Assembly: GCA_963677485.1 (NCBI GenBank) | Contig: OY781964.1 | Span: forward strand, 4,704,001 to 4,768,000 | Direction of reading: 5' to 3' | DNA length: 64,000 nucleotides | Origin: Armatimonadota bacterium | GTDB taxonomy: Bacteria; Armatimonadota; HRBIN16 | In this document: one piece after another, positions 19,550 through 30,638 of the stretch | Layout of the letters: the number at the start of each line of letters is the position of its first letter | Position numbering within the stretch: the first letter of the stretch is position 1 | Position numbers and translations under genes: made by a program | Notes under the pieces: generated by a model | What the model was told of the DNA's origin: nothing | What the model saw: the letters and a program-made list of their open reading frames with translations, nothing else | The model's database searches: none

Positions 19550-20071
19550 ATGAGTCAGCAAACCCTTACAGGTAAAGTGCATCAGTTTGGCAACGACATC
19601 GACACGGATGTCATCATCCCTGCTCGCTACTTGAATACCTCAGAAGCTTCTGAGCTTGCCAAGCACTGCATGGAAGATATCGACACTGAGTTCGTGAAGA
19701 ACGTCAAAGCTGGTGACATCATGGTGGGAGGCGACAACTTCGGTTGCGGCTCCAGCCGCGAACATGCACCTATCGCCATCAAGGCCAGCGGCATCAGTTG
19801 CGTGGTCGCCAACACCTTCTCACGCATCTTTTACCGAAATGCCATCAACATCGGCCTTCCGGTATGTGTCTGTCCTGAGGCCGTTGCTGTGACAGAAAAT
19901 GGCGATACCCTGAGTGTTGATCTTATCTCGGGTATCATCACCAATGTCACCAAAGGCAAGAGTTTCCAGAGCGCGAAATACCCAGCGACGATCAGTGCGA
20001 TCATCGCGTCTGGCGGATTGGTGAATTACGTCCGTGCGAAACTGGGTGTGGAGGCCATGCAAAATGCCTAA
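19550..20071 (+). CDS. leuD: 3-isopropylmalate dehydratase small subunit
   Basis: [36 protein letters not shown]. Confidence 0.96.
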   Translation: MSQQTLTGKVHQFGNDIDTDVIIPARYLNTSEASELAKHCMEDIDTEFVKNVKAGDIMVGGDNFGCGSSREHAPIAIKASGISCVVANTFSRIFYRNAINIGLPVCVCPEAVAVTENGDTLSVDLISGIITNVTKGKSFQSAKYPATISAIIASGGLVNYVRAKLGVEAMQNA

Positions 20072-21146
20072 ACATCACATTGCGCTGCTTCCCGGTGACG
20101 GCATCGGCACCGAAATCTGCGAACAGGCCGTTCGAGTGTTGAACGTAGTGGCGAACAAGTTCGGATTTGAACTTGAATTCGAGCACGCGTTGATCGGTGG
20201 ATGTGCCTATGAAGCCACCGGTACACCTTTGCCCCAGGAGACACTTGACGTGTGTCTGCGTTCAGAGGCGATCTTGTTTGGTGCTGTGGGCGGACCTCAA
20301 TGGGATGGTCTGCCCTCCCATTTGCGGCCAGAAGCTGGAGCTCTTCTTCCTTTGAGGAAAGCTTTGGGACTGTTCGCGAATATCCGTCCTGCAGTGGTAT
20401 TTCCGAGCATGGCGGAGCAGAGCCCTGTCGAAGCCGTGCGTAAATCGGGTAAGCTAGATATAATAGTAGTGAGAGAGCTTACCGGTGGTATCTACTTTGG
20501 ACAACCCAAAGGCCGTAATGAGGCAGGGGATACCGCATTTGATACTTGCACCTACACAAAGTCGGAAATAGAGCGAATCGCCCACACCGCGTTCATTGCT
20601 GCGCGGAAAAGAAGCAGCAGAGTGACCTCTGTTGATAAGGCGAATGTGCTTGAAACCAGTCGGCTGTGGCGTGAAGTTGTTAGCGAAGTTGCTAAAAATT
20701 ACCCTGATGTGCAGCTTGAGCACATGCTGGTAGATAACGCAGCGATGCAACTCATAAGGAACCCTTTACAGTTCGATGTCATTCTGACCGAAAATATGTT
20801 CGGCGACATTCTCAGCGATGAAGCTTCTATGCTCACAGGCAGTTTGGGTCTTCTACCTTCGGCTAGTATGGGTAGTGGGCACTTCGGTTTGTTTGAGCCT
20901 GTCCATGGTTCTGCTCCGGACATCGCCGGTAAGGACCTTGCCAACCCGCTTGCCACGGTGCTGTCGGCGGCGATGATGCTCGAATACAGTCTGAATATGC
21001 CTGAGGCAGCTCGGGTGATAGAAAAGGCAGCGAGCACAATCATAGACCAAGGATATCGCACGCGTGACATCAGCCATGAAGGCGACACTCTGGTGGGTTG
21101 CCGTCAGATGGGAGATCTTCTGGTGGAGGCGATCACGCGCAACTAA
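20064..21146 (+). CDS. leuB: 3-isopropylmalate dehydrogenase
   Basis: [52 protein letters not shown]. Confidence 0.97.
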   Translation: MPKHHIALLPGDGIGTEICEQAVRVLNVVANKFGFELEFEHALIGGCAYEATGTPLPQETLDVCLRSEAILFGAVGGPQWDGLPSHLRPEAGALLPLRKALGLFANIRPAVVFPSMAEQSPVEAVRKSGKLDIIVVRELTGGIYFGQPKGRNEAGDTAFDTCTYTKSEIERIAHTAFIAARKRSSRVTSVDKANVLETSRLWREVVSEVAKNYPDVQLEHMLVDNAAMQLIRNPLQFDVILTENMFGDILSDEASMLTGSLGLLPSASMGSGHFGLFEPVHGSAPDIAGKDLANPLATVLSAAMMLEYSLNMPEAARVIEKAASTIIDQGYRTRDISHEGDTLVGCRQMGDLLVEAITRN

Positions 21147-21159
21147 CACAGGAGGCTAG

Positions 21160-21504
<345 letters not shown>

Positions 21505-21532
21505 ACCGCCCCCATATTATGGGAGTGACTGA

Positions 21533-23125
21533 ATGCAAAACCGGGTTGAAATCTACGATACCACCTTACGAGACGGAACTCAAGGCGAGTTCATCAATAT
21601 GTCCATTCAAGACAAATTGCGAATCGCCAAGCGGTTGGACGAGTTCGGCGTAGATTTCATTGAAGGCGGATGGCCCGCCTCAAACCCGAAGGATACAGAG
21701 TTCTTTGAGCGTGCTAAGACTATGGTCTGGCATACCGCCAAGATCTCGGCATTCGGCAGCACTCAGCGTCCTAAGCTGCGCGCGGAAGATGATGTCAACC
21801 TGCAGCAGCTCGTAGCATCGGAGGCCCCAGTCATCACCATATTTGGTAAATGCTGGGACCTCCATGTCCTTAAGGCACTCAAAATAGAGATGCCTGAGAA
21901 TATCGACCTCATCTACAACTCCATCAACTACCTGCATACACACTGTAATGACGTGAACTTCGATGCAGAACACTTTTTTGATGGCTACAAAGATAACCCC
22001 GACTACGCTATAGAGTGCCTGTTAGCAGCCAAGAAGGCTGGAGCTCAACGTGTCGTTTTATGTGACACCAACGGCGGCACTCTGCCAGGTCAACTATCTG
22101 ACATCGTCAAGCAGGTCATCGCTAAACTGCAGATGCCTGTGGGAATACACGCCCACAATGACAGCGAATGCGCCGTGGCCAACAGCCTGGTGGCGATTCA
22201 AGCGGGCTGCAGCCATGTTCAAGGCACGATGAATGGTATGGGTGAACGAGCAGGCAACGCCAATTTATGCTCGATCATCCCCGCGTTGCGCCTGAAGCTG
22301 GGTAAGGAATGTCTGAAAGAAGACAGCATGGTTCACCTGACATCTCTATCTACGTTCGTAGATGAGATCATCAACCAACCACATTACTCTCGCCAGCCAT
22401 ATGTAGGCAAGAGTGCTTTTGCCCATAAGGCAGGCGTTCATGTGGATGCCATCATCAAAAACAGCAGAACCTATGAGCATATAGCCCCTGAATCAGTGGG
22501 CAACACACGAAGAATACTTGTGAGTGAACTGGCCGGCGGTTCTACGGTTGTACAACAGGCGCAAAAGATGGACATCAACCTTGAAAAAGGCAGCCCTGTT
22601 GTTAAGAGAGTAATCGCTAAAGTCGCGCACCTGGAAAATCAAGGCTACTCATTTGAAGGAGCCGAAGCCAGTTTTGAACTGCTCATCATGCAGCAGACTG
22701 GGCATTATCACCAAATGTTTGAAACCGAATCATACCGAGTCATCGTAGAAAAGCGCAAGCCAAATGGTGATGAAGTCACGGAAGCTGTGGTCAAGGTCAG
22801 TGTGAATGGTGAAATCAAACATACGGTAGCCGAAGGTGATGGCCCTGTCCATGCCTTGGACAACGCCCTGCGCAGCGCGCTGTTCAGCTTTTACCCTGCC
22901 ATGGCGAGTATGAGGCTGACCGACTTCAAGGTGCGGGTAGTCAATATGAGCGACGCCACCGCGGCTAAAGTGCGTGTCAATGTTGAGAGCATCGGATATG
23001 GTCGGACCTGGACGACGGTAGGGGTCTCAACCAATATCATTGAAGCCAGTTACCGCGCTTTGGTCGATAGTTTCCAATATGGACTTCAAATCGCGGCCTC
23101 CGATTCAGAGACGCCCAACGGATAA
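21533..23125 (+). CDS. cimA: Citramalate synthase
   Basis: YDTTLRDGTQGE, EGGWPASNPKD, FDAEHFFDGYK, LCDTNGG, AFAHKAGVH, FEGAEASFEL: bacterial CimA signatures, distinct from the adjacent LeuA. Confidence 0.9.
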   Translation: MQNRVEIYDTTLRDGTQGEFINMSIQDKLRIAKRLDEFGVDFIEGGWPASNPKDTEFFERAKTMVWHTAKISAFGSTQRPKLRAEDDVNLQQLVASEAPVITIFGKCWDLHVLKALKIEMPENIDLIYNSINYLHTHCNDVNFDAEHFFDGYKDNPDYAIECLLAAKKAGAQRVVLCDTNGGTLPGQLSDIVKQVIAKLQMPVGIHAHNDSECAVANSLVAIQAGCSHVQGTMNGMGERAGNANLCSIIPALRLKLGKECLKEDSMVHLTSLSTFVDEIINQPHYSRQPYVGKSAFAHKAGVHVDAIIKNSRTYEHIAPESVGNTRRILVSELAGGSTVVQQAQKMDINLEKGSPVVKRVIAKVAHLENQGYSFEGAEASFELLIMQQTGHYHQMFETESYRVIVEKRKPNGDEVTEAVVKVSVNGEIKHTVAEGDGPVHALDNALRSALFSFYPAMASMRLTDFKVRVVNMSDATAAKVRVNVESIGYGRTWTTVGVSTNIIEASYRALVDSFQYGLQIAASDSETPNG

Positions 23126-23132
23126 CATTAGG

Positions 23133-24008
23133 GTGTGTACACGACGTATCATTCTAGCAACCCATATGGGATTTTGCTTTGGTGTTCGTCGCGCAGTGGA
23201 TATGGTTGAGCGGGCTCGTCAGACCCTGTCTGGGCCCGTCACCACACTGGGACCGATCATTCATAGCCAACAGGTCGTGGAGCACCACAAGAGCATTGGC
23301 ATTGGTCTGTGCCATGAGCTCGCTGTTGTTCAAGAAGGCACAGTGGTGTTGAGTGCGCATGGTGTCAGCCCTGTTGTTGAACAGCAAGCGGTCACCCAAG
23401 GCCTCCACGTCATTAATGCCACTTGTCCCTATGTTGCAAAGCTGCACAAAGCCGCGGTCCAACAGGTGAAGCTGGGCTATTCTATAGTATTGCTGGGAGA
23501 TGCTGGTCACTCTGAGGTCAAGGGCACAGTAGGAGCGATCGAGCATGCTGGGGGCATGGTCAACGTATTATCGGATTCAGATGAAGCCTCAAACCTGCCT
23601 TTCACCAAGCATATAGCATTACTTTCTCAAACCACGCAGAAACTCAGCACGCTCGCTCAAGTGGCTGCGGCCCTTGTGCCCAACTGTCAGGAGCTGCACG
23701 TCATCAACACCATATGCCACGCAACTGATGAACTTCAATCCAGTGCCAGAATTATGGCCCAGCAAGTTGAAGTCGCTATCGTCATCGGTGGGAAAAACAG
23801 CGCCAACACGAAACGGCTACGCGATATCTGCGAAGCCGAAGGGGTGCCGGCTTATCATATAGAAACCTCCAGTGAGTTATCTCCTGACTGGTTTTATGAC
23901 AAAACGCGCATAGGCATCACGGCTGGTGCCTCCACACCAGACTGGCTGATACATGATGTCACTGAGGCTGTGCAACAAATGACGGGGGCAGAGGTGGCTT
24001 GTGAGTAA
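23133..24008 (+). CDS. ispH: 4-hydroxy-3-methylbut-2-enyl diphosphate reductase
   Basis: GFCFGVRRAV, SAHGV, ATCPYV, SQTT, NTICHAT, SANT, GITAGASTP; start uncertain (GTG 23133 chosen). Confidence 0.93.
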   Translation: MCTRRIILATHMGFCFGVRRAVDMVERARQTLSGPVTTLGPIIHSQQVVEHHKSIGIGLCHELAVVQEGTVVLSAHGVSPVVEQQAVTQGLHVINATCPYVAKLHKAAVQQVKLGYSIVLLGDAGHSEVKGTVGAIEHAGGMVNVLSDSDEASNLPFTKHIALLSQTTQKLSTLAQVAAALVPNCQELHVINTICHATDELQSSARIMAQQVEVAIVIGGKNSANTKRLRDICEAEGVPAYHIETSSELSPDWFYDKTRIGITAGASTPDWLIHDVTEAVQQMTGAEVACE

Positions 24009-25341
24009 TCTTGCGCAAGGGTTGGAGATCAGGTGGGTGCATCCTGATGGGCTGGGTGCTGAACTGGGTCTTGCAGTCGGAGATAGACTGATCGCCATTG
24101 ATGGTCAAGCCGTTGAAGATATCATTGATTATAGATATCGAATGACTGGCGAAAACCTGGAGATCGAGGTCGATTGTTCCGGCGAACGGCTGGTGATTGA
24201 GTTAGAAAAAGAGCCGTATGAAGAGCTCGACATCGACTTCTGTTCCGATGTAGCCGGTGATGTGAAGAGTTGCAAGAACAACTGTGTGTTTTGTTTTGTG
24301 ACGCAGATGCCGCGGGGGATGCGGAAGAGCCTGTATTTGAAGGATGACGACTACCGGCTGAGCTTTATTCATGGGAACTACATCACCCTCACCAACCTCT
24401 CAGATCGTGACATCGAACGGATCATCGACCAAAAACTATCACCGCTCTATGTCTCGGTTCATACTACGAACCCGATTTTGCGAAGAAAGATGCTGGGGCG
24501 CCGTTCGTCGGATGACATATTACCGACGCTACAACGCCTTGCACAGGCCGGCATCGAAATACACACACAGATCGTGCTCTGCCCGGGTTGGAATGATGCT
24601 GATGAGCTCACCAACACCGTCAATAGCCTCGCAGATATGCACCCCGAAATCAGCGGGGAACCAGGCGGAGTGATGTCCGTGGCGATTGTCCCAGTAGGCT
24701 TGACCGCCTTCCGCGAGCACATGCCACACGTGGATCCTGTCGGCCCAGAGTATAGCCGTGAGATGATCGTGTGGTTTCGAAAGACAGACCGTGCATTAAA
24801 GCGGAAGCTGCCTCAGCGGATGGTGTACTTATCGGACGAGTGGTATTATCTGGCAGGGTTACCGGTGCCGGGGAAACAGCACTACAACGGCTTCCCCCAA
24901 CTAGATGATGGCGTTGGCACCACCAGGTATTTCATAGACAATCTGGCAGGGCTGAAACGCAGGTTGCCGGATAAGTGGGATAAGCCTCCTGTCGAATGGG
25001 TCGCTGTCACCGGAATGATGCCTCTTGGTGTGATTGAGTCCTTTGCGGACTTGCTGTCTGGTATTGAGGGGATTAAATGCCAGGCGTTGGGTATACAGAA
25101 CCACTTCTTTGGAGGTACAGTATCCATAGCTGGTCTGATCACGGGTCAAGATATCGCGGCGCAGGTCTTGGCAAGTGGACTTCAAGGTGATATCCTTATA
25201 CCTGAGGTAGCCGTTCGTCATGACGGCCTTTTCCTTGATGATATGTCAGTCGATCAATTAGCTGATCAACTGGGCCGAAAGGTGCATGTTTTGCCTATAC
25301 TGCCCAGCAAGGCCTGGCGCAAGCTGCAGTCACTATATTAA
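24001..25341 (+). CDS. PDZ plus DUF512 putative radical-SAM protein
   Basis: N-terminal PDZ-like GDRLIAIDG, CKNNCVFCF, LYLKDDDYRLSF, QIVLCPG, VPVGLT. Confidence 0.88.
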   Translation: MSNLAQGLEIRWVHPDGLGAELGLAVGDRLIAIDGQAVEDIIDYRYRMTGENLEIEVDCSGERLVIELEKEPYEELDIDFCSDVAGDVKSCKNNCVFCFVTQMPRGMRKSLYLKDDDYRLSFIHGNYITLTNLSDRDIERIIDQKLSPLYVSVHTTNPILRRKMLGRRSSDDILPTLQRLAQAGIEIHTQIVLCPGWNDADELTNTVNSLADMHPEISGEPGGVMSVAIVPVGLTAFREHMPHVDPVGPEYSREMIVWFRKTDRALKRKLPQRMVYLSDEWYYLAGLPVPGKQHYNGFPQLDDGVGTTRYFIDNLAGLKRRLPDKWDKPPVEWVAVTGMMPLGVIESFADLLSGIEGIKCQALGIQNHFFGGTVSIAGLITGQDIAAQVLASGLQGDILIPEVAVRHDGLFLDDMSVDQLADQLGRKVHVLPILPSKAWRKLQSLY

Positions 25342-25386
25342 CCTTTATCTTACTCAGCCCTGAGGGGCATTAATGGGAGTGTGCTC

Positions 25387-26349
25387 ATGAAGAAAATCGG
25401 TGTGTTAACCAGCGGAGGTGATGCCTCTGGAATGAATACCGCCGTGCGCGCCGTTGTCCGATGTGCCATCGTCAATGGACTGCAGGTTTGCGGTATTCGG
25501 CGCGGATATGAAGGATTACTTGACCGCGATATGGTGCCTATGAGCCTTAGCTCAGTCGGCGGCATCATTAATCGAGGTGGGACGATCTTGCGCACGGCCC
25601 GCAGCGAGAGATTCAAGACCGATGCCGGCCAACAGATGGCCGCGGAAGCCATTCGGGAAGAGGGCATTGATGGCTTGGTGGTCATCGGCGGTGACGGCTC
25701 CTACCGAGGTGCCGAGAGGTTAATCGCGACATGCGGCGTGCCGATCATCGGAATTCCTGGCACGATTGATAATGACATCGGTGGCACTCAATATACTATC
25801 GGCTGTGATACGGCCATGAACGTGGCTTTGGATGCCATCGACAAAGTTCGTGATACCGCAGACAGCCACGAACGAATTTTTGTGATTGAGGTGATGGGGC
25901 GCTCTAACGGCTACATCGCGGCTTGCGTAGGGCTTGCAGCGGGTGCTGAGGCCATATTGGTGCCTGAGGTGCCGTTCAATCTGGTGAGCATCTTTGACCG
26001 CATGAAGGTAGGCATCGCTCGCGGCAAACGCAGCTGCATCATCGTGTGCGCTGAGGGTGCTGCCAAAGCGGCTGATGTAGCCAACTTCGCGGAGCACTAC
26101 CTTAATGCAGACGTCCGGTATGCTGTGCTTGGTCACATACAACGTGGGGGGGCTCCCAGCACAAGAGACAGAATTGCGGCTAGCCGATTTGGTGAGCTGG
26201 CTGTGAAACTTCTTCTTGAAGGGAAGTCAGGACTGATGACCGTTGAATGGAACGGTCAGTTGGACGCAGTTCCGCTCAGCGTGTCTTGGTCTGAGCCTAA
26301 GCAGCTAGATGAAACCCTTCTCCAACTAGCAGCCACACTCTCCAGCTAG
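25387..26349 (+). CDS. pfkA: ATP-dependent 6-phosphofructokinase
   Basis: LTSGGD, GGTILRTAR, IGGDGS, PGTIDNDI, EVMGR, LGHIQRGG. Confidence 0.96.
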   Translation: MKKIGVLTSGGDASGMNTAVRAVVRCAIVNGLQVCGIRRGYEGLLDRDMVPMSLSSVGGIINRGGTILRTARSERFKTDAGQQMAAEAIREEGIDGLVVIGGDGSYRGAERLIATCGVPIIGIPGTIDNDIGGTQYTIGCDTAMNVALDAIDKVRDTADSHERIFVIEVMGRSNGYIAACVGLAAGAEAILVPEVPFNLVSIFDRMKVGIARGKRSCIIVCAEGAAKAADVANFAEHYLNADVRYAVLGHIQRGGAPSTRDRIAASRFGELAVKLLLEGKSGLMTVEWNGQLDAVPLSVSWSEPKQLDETLLQLAATLSS

Positions 26350-26380
26350 GGTTCAACTGGCTATAAAACAGTATAATGAG

Positions 26381-26415
26381 GAGGGAGAACTTGCTAATGT
26401 CGTTCTTCCTCTTTT
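26381..26415 (+). terminator. Intrinsic terminator after pfkA
   Basis: GAGGGAGAAC/GTTCTTCCTC stem followed by TTTT. Confidence 0.6.
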
Positions 26416-26452
26416 CAATAATAAGCACGTAAATAAGCACGAGGCCTGATAT

Positions 26453-27958
26453 ATGGTTCATGATAAATCTATCACCCTGAAATTGTCTTCTCAACGACTG
26501 GAAATAGAAGCCGGAGAGAGTGTTGAAGTTGAGTTACAGATAGAAAATGTCGGCACAGATGAACTCACACTTGGTATCGAAGTTGAAGGACTTCCCGACG
26601 GATGGGTAGCCATCCCAGTTCCCACCGTGAATGTCAATCCTCTGCAAAAAATCACCGAAACTATCACGATCAATACCCCACGCCGTCCAGAATGTTTAGC
26701 GAAGTCTTACCCATTTGTAGTCAAAGCATGCAACATTCACGATGGATACTCAATTGGAGAACAAGCGAATCTGGTTGTGAAGAAGTTCACAGCATTGTCG
26801 GTTGAGGTATTGCCAAAAAAAGGCGTCAGCCACTATATTCGCCCTTTCACTGAATTCGATACGGAACTATGCAACCTAGGCAATACGGAAGTCAGGCTTA
26901 AACTGAACTGCCGTGATAATGAAGATGCCGGTCTATACACTTTCGAACAGGACACCATCAATCTGCAACCTGGCGAAAACTGCATAGTGAAGCTAGGCGC
27001 AGAGCCTGCCATCAAGCGGTTTGTGGGCAAAACACGGCTGGTGCAATTTGCAGTAACTGCTCGCAGCACGGATGATAATTTCCTGGCCACTAATGCTCAG
27101 GCTTATGTTGAATATCGTCCTATGTTTACTCCTGCGTCACTGGTGACCGGAGCCATCGTGATCTTCATGCTCGTGCTCTACATGCTGCTCAAACCAAGTC
27201 CTGCATTGATCAAAGAGTTTAAATACAGTGCTGATACCATCACACAGGGTCAGACTGTGGTATTGTCATGGAACGTAACTCATGCGAAGAAAATTACAAT
27301 ATCGCCAGATCCTGGCCAGGTAGAAACCGCAGCCGGATCTGTCAGCCTATCGCCGTCCAAGACGACCACATATGTTTTATCGGCCGAATCGAGTGCAGGA
27401 GAAGACAGTAAAGAGATCACCGTTGTGGTGCAGCCTGCTCCTGAGTCGCCAGCACCAGTGATTAAATCATTCAGATGCGACCCCAACACCACGCTGGAAC
27501 CAAACCAGACAGTGCTGCTGACCTGGGAAGTGGCCAACGCAGAGCGTATCTACCTCAACCCGCCAGGCACCATGCTGGATCCCAACATCACAAGTCAAGA
27601 GCTTCTTCCCAACAAGAACACCACTTATGAGCTGACCGTGGTGAACAAAGAGGGGCGTAAGGTGACTAAAAGGCTCACTGTGAATGTGAATGACCCCAAT
27701 GTGGTGAGGGTGTTGAATTTCAAAGCGAGTGCCACGACAGTGCCTGTCAATGGCACCGTTGTGATCAACTGGAACGTGCGGAATGCCAGCGATGTGACAT
27801 TGAACGACACGGCAGTCGACCCCATGGGCAGCCAGGAGTTCCCAATCACAGATACCACGGTGTTTACACTCGTTGCCCGTAATGAACAGGGTAGCAATGT
27901 GGAAAAGAAGTTGAAGGTCAGTGTGGAATCTGATCAGCCGGTACCGTCAACACCTTAA
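26453..27958 (+). CDS. Bitopic membrane protein: two N-terminal Ig-like domains, one TM helix, three C-terminal Ig-like repeats
   Basis: No signal peptide; central TM LVTGAIVIFMLVLYMLL; repeats LSWNVTHA, LTWEVANA, INWNVRNA each followed by TTYxL-like strands. Confidence 0.8.
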   Translation: MVHDKSITLKLSSQRLEIEAGESVEVELQIENVGTDELTLGIEVEGLPDGWVAIPVPTVNVNPLQKITETITINTPRRPECLAKSYPFVVKACNIHDGYSIGEQANLVVKKFTALSVEVLPKKGVSHYIRPFTEFDTELCNLGNTEVRLKLNCRDNEDAGLYTFEQDTINLQPGENCIVKLGAEPAIKRFVGKTRLVQFAVTARSTDDNFLATNAQAYVEYRPMFTPASLVTGAIVIFMLVLYMLLKPSPALIKEFKYSADTITQGQTVVLSWNVTHAKKITISPDPGQVETAAGSVSLSPSKTTTYVLSAESSAGEDSKEITVVVQPAPESPAPVIKSFRCDPNTTLEPNQTVLLTWEVANAERIYLNPPGTMLDPNITSQELLPNKNTTYELTVVNKEGRKVTKRLTVNVNDPNVVRVLNFKASATTVPVNGTVVINWNVRNASDVTLNDTAVDPMGSQEFPITDTTVFTLVARNEQGSNVEKKLKVSVESDQPVPSTP

Positions 27959-27978
27959 GGAACCATCTGCACCAAATC

Positions 27979-28018
27979 GGGGCCACTTCGTTCATCGAAG
28001 TTGGCCCTCTTTCATTTT
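27979..28018 (+). terminator. Intrinsic terminator
   Basis: GGGCCACTTCG/CGAAGTTGGCCC stem with one bulge, then T-rich tail. Confidence 0.65.
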
Positions 28019-28024
28019 TACCTG

Positions 28025-28053
28025 TTGACATTGCGGTAGCCATATGCCATACT
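28025..28053 (+). promoter_or_regulatory. Sigma70-type promoter of the unknown-protein/lgt-like pair
   Basis: TTGACA-17 bp-CATACT with extended TG. Confidence 0.6.
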
Positions 28054-28156
28054 TATAGCATTCGGTAACCGGATATCTAGTAAGAGGCAATATGTAATTC
28101 CAACAGACACCTTCCTGATGCGATAGGTGCTTCTACCTGGTAAGGAGTATTCTGGA

Positions 28157-30631
28157 ATGAAAAAAAAGCTCTTAGTCGTCCTCGCCGTTATCGTGATCGT
28201 GGTTATCATTCTGCTCGTACTGCCTAAAGGACTGCTTAGTCCAAAATCCAAAGAGCCATTCACTTTTGACTTCAAGACCGATAAATCATCTATTGCAGCA
28301 CAGACAGAGAACGACGAAATGGCCACCTTGTTGGCCTGTTCTCCATTCTATGCCGGTGCAAAGCAGTATTCAGGCGTGAACAGTTCCGAATTCGATCAGG
28401 CACGAGAGCGTAAAGTGCAGGAGATCATCCGCGAATCTGACGATCTGGCTGCGAATGCTTTGAGGATGAAGTCCGATATGGAGAAAATGCGAACATCGGT
28501 GTCGAACTACCTCACTGTATGTCTGAAGAATGATCCCAAGGCCGAAAAATACGCTCGGGAATCCGGGAAGCGAATTCTCACCCTGATGACAAAGGAGGCC
28601 GTCGCTGAGGCGCAGTACAAGAGTTATACAGCGAACTCCCAGAATGCGTTTGCTCAGAGCTTCGTTCAATACCTTAAGGCCAGCAACGCGGTGCAGCTTG
28701 GGACCCTCTACATGCAAGACATGAATAACATGCTTGTTATCGCAGCCCTGGGTGTAGAAGGTGCAGCCGTATCGGCAAACCCAACCATAAAGGATGCCGG
28801 TAAGAAGCTTGATCAAGAAATGGGTGAATACGACGGCATGTTGAACCAGTCAGGCGATCTGATGAAAGGCATCTACTCCATCCAGTACTGCTTCAAGCAA
28901 CTCAAGACAGGTGATTACTATTTCGCCAAGAGTGCCGTGGCATTCATCCGCCAGTCGCTACCCAAATTGAAGGAATCTGCCGGCAACATGAAGCCCAACA
29001 AATACATGGATGATAAGGCTGTCGCCTTCACAAAAGACTATTTGAATAAGTTCGATCGTCTCAGTATTGAGATGCAGAAATACCTCGATTCGGTGCCAAA
29101 AGACTCCCTCGTCCAAGTCTCGTCCTACCAACCCGGCAGCGGTATCGCGGTGGCACAGACCACCGAAACTGGAGAAAGCCCTTACCTACTCGCTGCCAAA
29201 GGGAATGCAGCACTTAGCAGTCGTGTAGCTGACGGCATTTCTAGCATCTTCAGCAAGGGTGCGGCTGTAGCCAAAGCTGGTTGGAGTGGCATCAAGACGA
29301 CCGTACATGGCATTCAGAGCACGGTAGGATTAGGCATTGATATAGCCGGTACCGGCGTTGCCAACATAACGCGGATACCTGTGGGCGTATATTATGGCAA
29401 TACGCTTGGGGAATGCTGGGAAGACATGGAGGCAAACTCCAAGCAAATCATCACTAACTGGAAAAACAACCAAAGTGGATCGTCGACCTTGCGCACCGCC
29501 AAGAGCTACTTCGACTCTGTTGATGATGGCGGTGAATACGTGGTGAGTACTGGTGTTGAAAAGACCATTGGGAAAGGCTGGATTAGCTGGGGTACCGGTA
29601 AGGTCGGTAAAGCAGTCGTAGGAATCTTCACCGGGCTTGGGAAGGGTATCGCTCTGGTGGGGAACCGCGACGCCAATACCTCCGACTATGTTATCGGAAC
29701 CATTGAGATAGGTGGAGCGATGCTCGGTGGAAGCAAGATGATCATTCGAGGTACCCAACTGCCAGGTATGGTGAAGGGGCTGGCTCAATCAAGCTGGATA
29801 GGTGCTCAGGGGGCTTGGAATACTCTGGGCAAGATGCTGACGCAACTTGACAAAAACGAGATGACGGCATTACTCAGGGAGGCAGCTGCGCGAGGAATGA
29901 GCTCGCCAGGCTTGACAGCCCGCATAGCTATTGCGGATGCAATGATGGCGGCGGCTACCAGCGCGAATACTGCCCTTAAGGCTGAGTTTCGGAACATCAT
30001 ACAGGCCGGTGTGAGTGCCGGGTGGACCAACTTCAATGCAACACTACGTTCATCACTTAACGAATTCGTCAGGAAACAGTTCACTGCGAACATGAAAGGC
30101 GTGCTATCAATCATCGGTGATACTCCAGGTGAGTTCGTAGATAACGTGGTCGCACAATGGGCTGATGATGCGCTCAAATCGATGGTAGATGAAGTGATGG
30201 CAGAACCACCTCAGCCTACAGAGTTGAAGGGGGTGTGGACAGGCAAAACACTCATCACCGCCGTGACCGTTCCAGAGCCCTCAGAGAAAGCCAAGAAACA
30301 AGGCTGCAACTTCGATGAGATTAAGAAGCTGAAGGGCCAGAACTGTGCGACCTCCGTGAATATGAGCGGAGGACCAAGCGGATCGGGGCGCGCTTCGGTC
30401 AATATCGCATTCAAAGCCGGTAAAGGTCAGGCATTCACCGGAAATTACAACTACAGCAACGGAGATGTGTCGATCTCCAACTCTGCTAAAGGTGTCACCA
30501 TCACCATGAAGGGTAAAGCTATCCGCCAGACACAAGGTTATTCAATGAACGGCGATATGCACTTAGTCTGGGGTGGTGAAGGTATGATCATCTCGATCTC
30601 AGGTGATTTCGAACTAACAAAGGCGCATTAA
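28157..30631 (+). CDS. Large membrane-anchored or secreted hypothetical protein
   Basis: AAGGAG RBS, MKKK plus long hydrophobic helix, helical N-half, Gly-rich hydrophobic middle, beta-rich C-terminal domain; no family recognised. Confidence 0.8.
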   Translation: MKKKLLVVLAVIVIVVIILLVLPKGLLSPKSKEPFTFDFKTDKSSIAAQTENDEMATLLACSPFYAGAKQYSGVNSSEFDQARERKVQEIIRESDDLAANALRMKSDMEKMRTSVSNYLTVCLKNDPKAEKYARESGKRILTLMTKEAVAEAQYKSYTANSQNAFAQSFVQYLKASNAVQLGTLYMQDMNNMLVIAALGVEGAAVSANPTIKDAGKKLDQEMGEYDGMLNQSGDLMKGIYSIQYCFKQLKTGDYYFAKSAVAFIRQSLPKLKESAGNMKPNKYMDDKAVAFTKDYLNKFDRLSIEMQKYLDSVPKDSLVQVSSYQPGSGIAVAQTTETGESPYLLAAKGNAALSSRVADGISSIFSKGAAVAKAGWSGIKTTVHGIQSTVGLGIDIAGTGVANITRIPVGVYYGNTLGECWEDMEANSKQIITNWKNNQSGSSTLRTAKSYFDSVDDGGEYVVSTGVEKTIGKGWISWGTGKVGKAVVGIFTGLGKGIALVGNRDANTSDYVIGTIEIGGAMLGGSKMIIRGTQLPGMVKGLAQSSWIGAQGAWNTLGKMLTQLDKNEMTALLREAAARGMSSPGLTARIAIADAMMAAATSANTALKAEFRNIIQAGVSAGWTNFNATLRSSLNEFVRKQFTANMKGVLSIIGDTPGEFVDNVVAQWADDALKSMVDEVMAEPPQPTELKGVWTGKTLITAVTVPEPSEKAKKQGCNFDEIKKLKGQNCATSVNMSGGPSGSGRASVNIAFKAGKGQAFTGNYNYSNGDVSISNSAKGVTITMKGKAIRQTQGYSMNGDMHLVWGGEGMIISISGDFELTKAH

Positions 30632-30638
30632 GACTTAA

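Noticed and set aside
28055-28140. Riboswitch in the leader of the large unknown gene (TTCTACC, short CACC/GGTG stem)
   Set aside because: No full purine or fluoride aptamer pattern and no terminator
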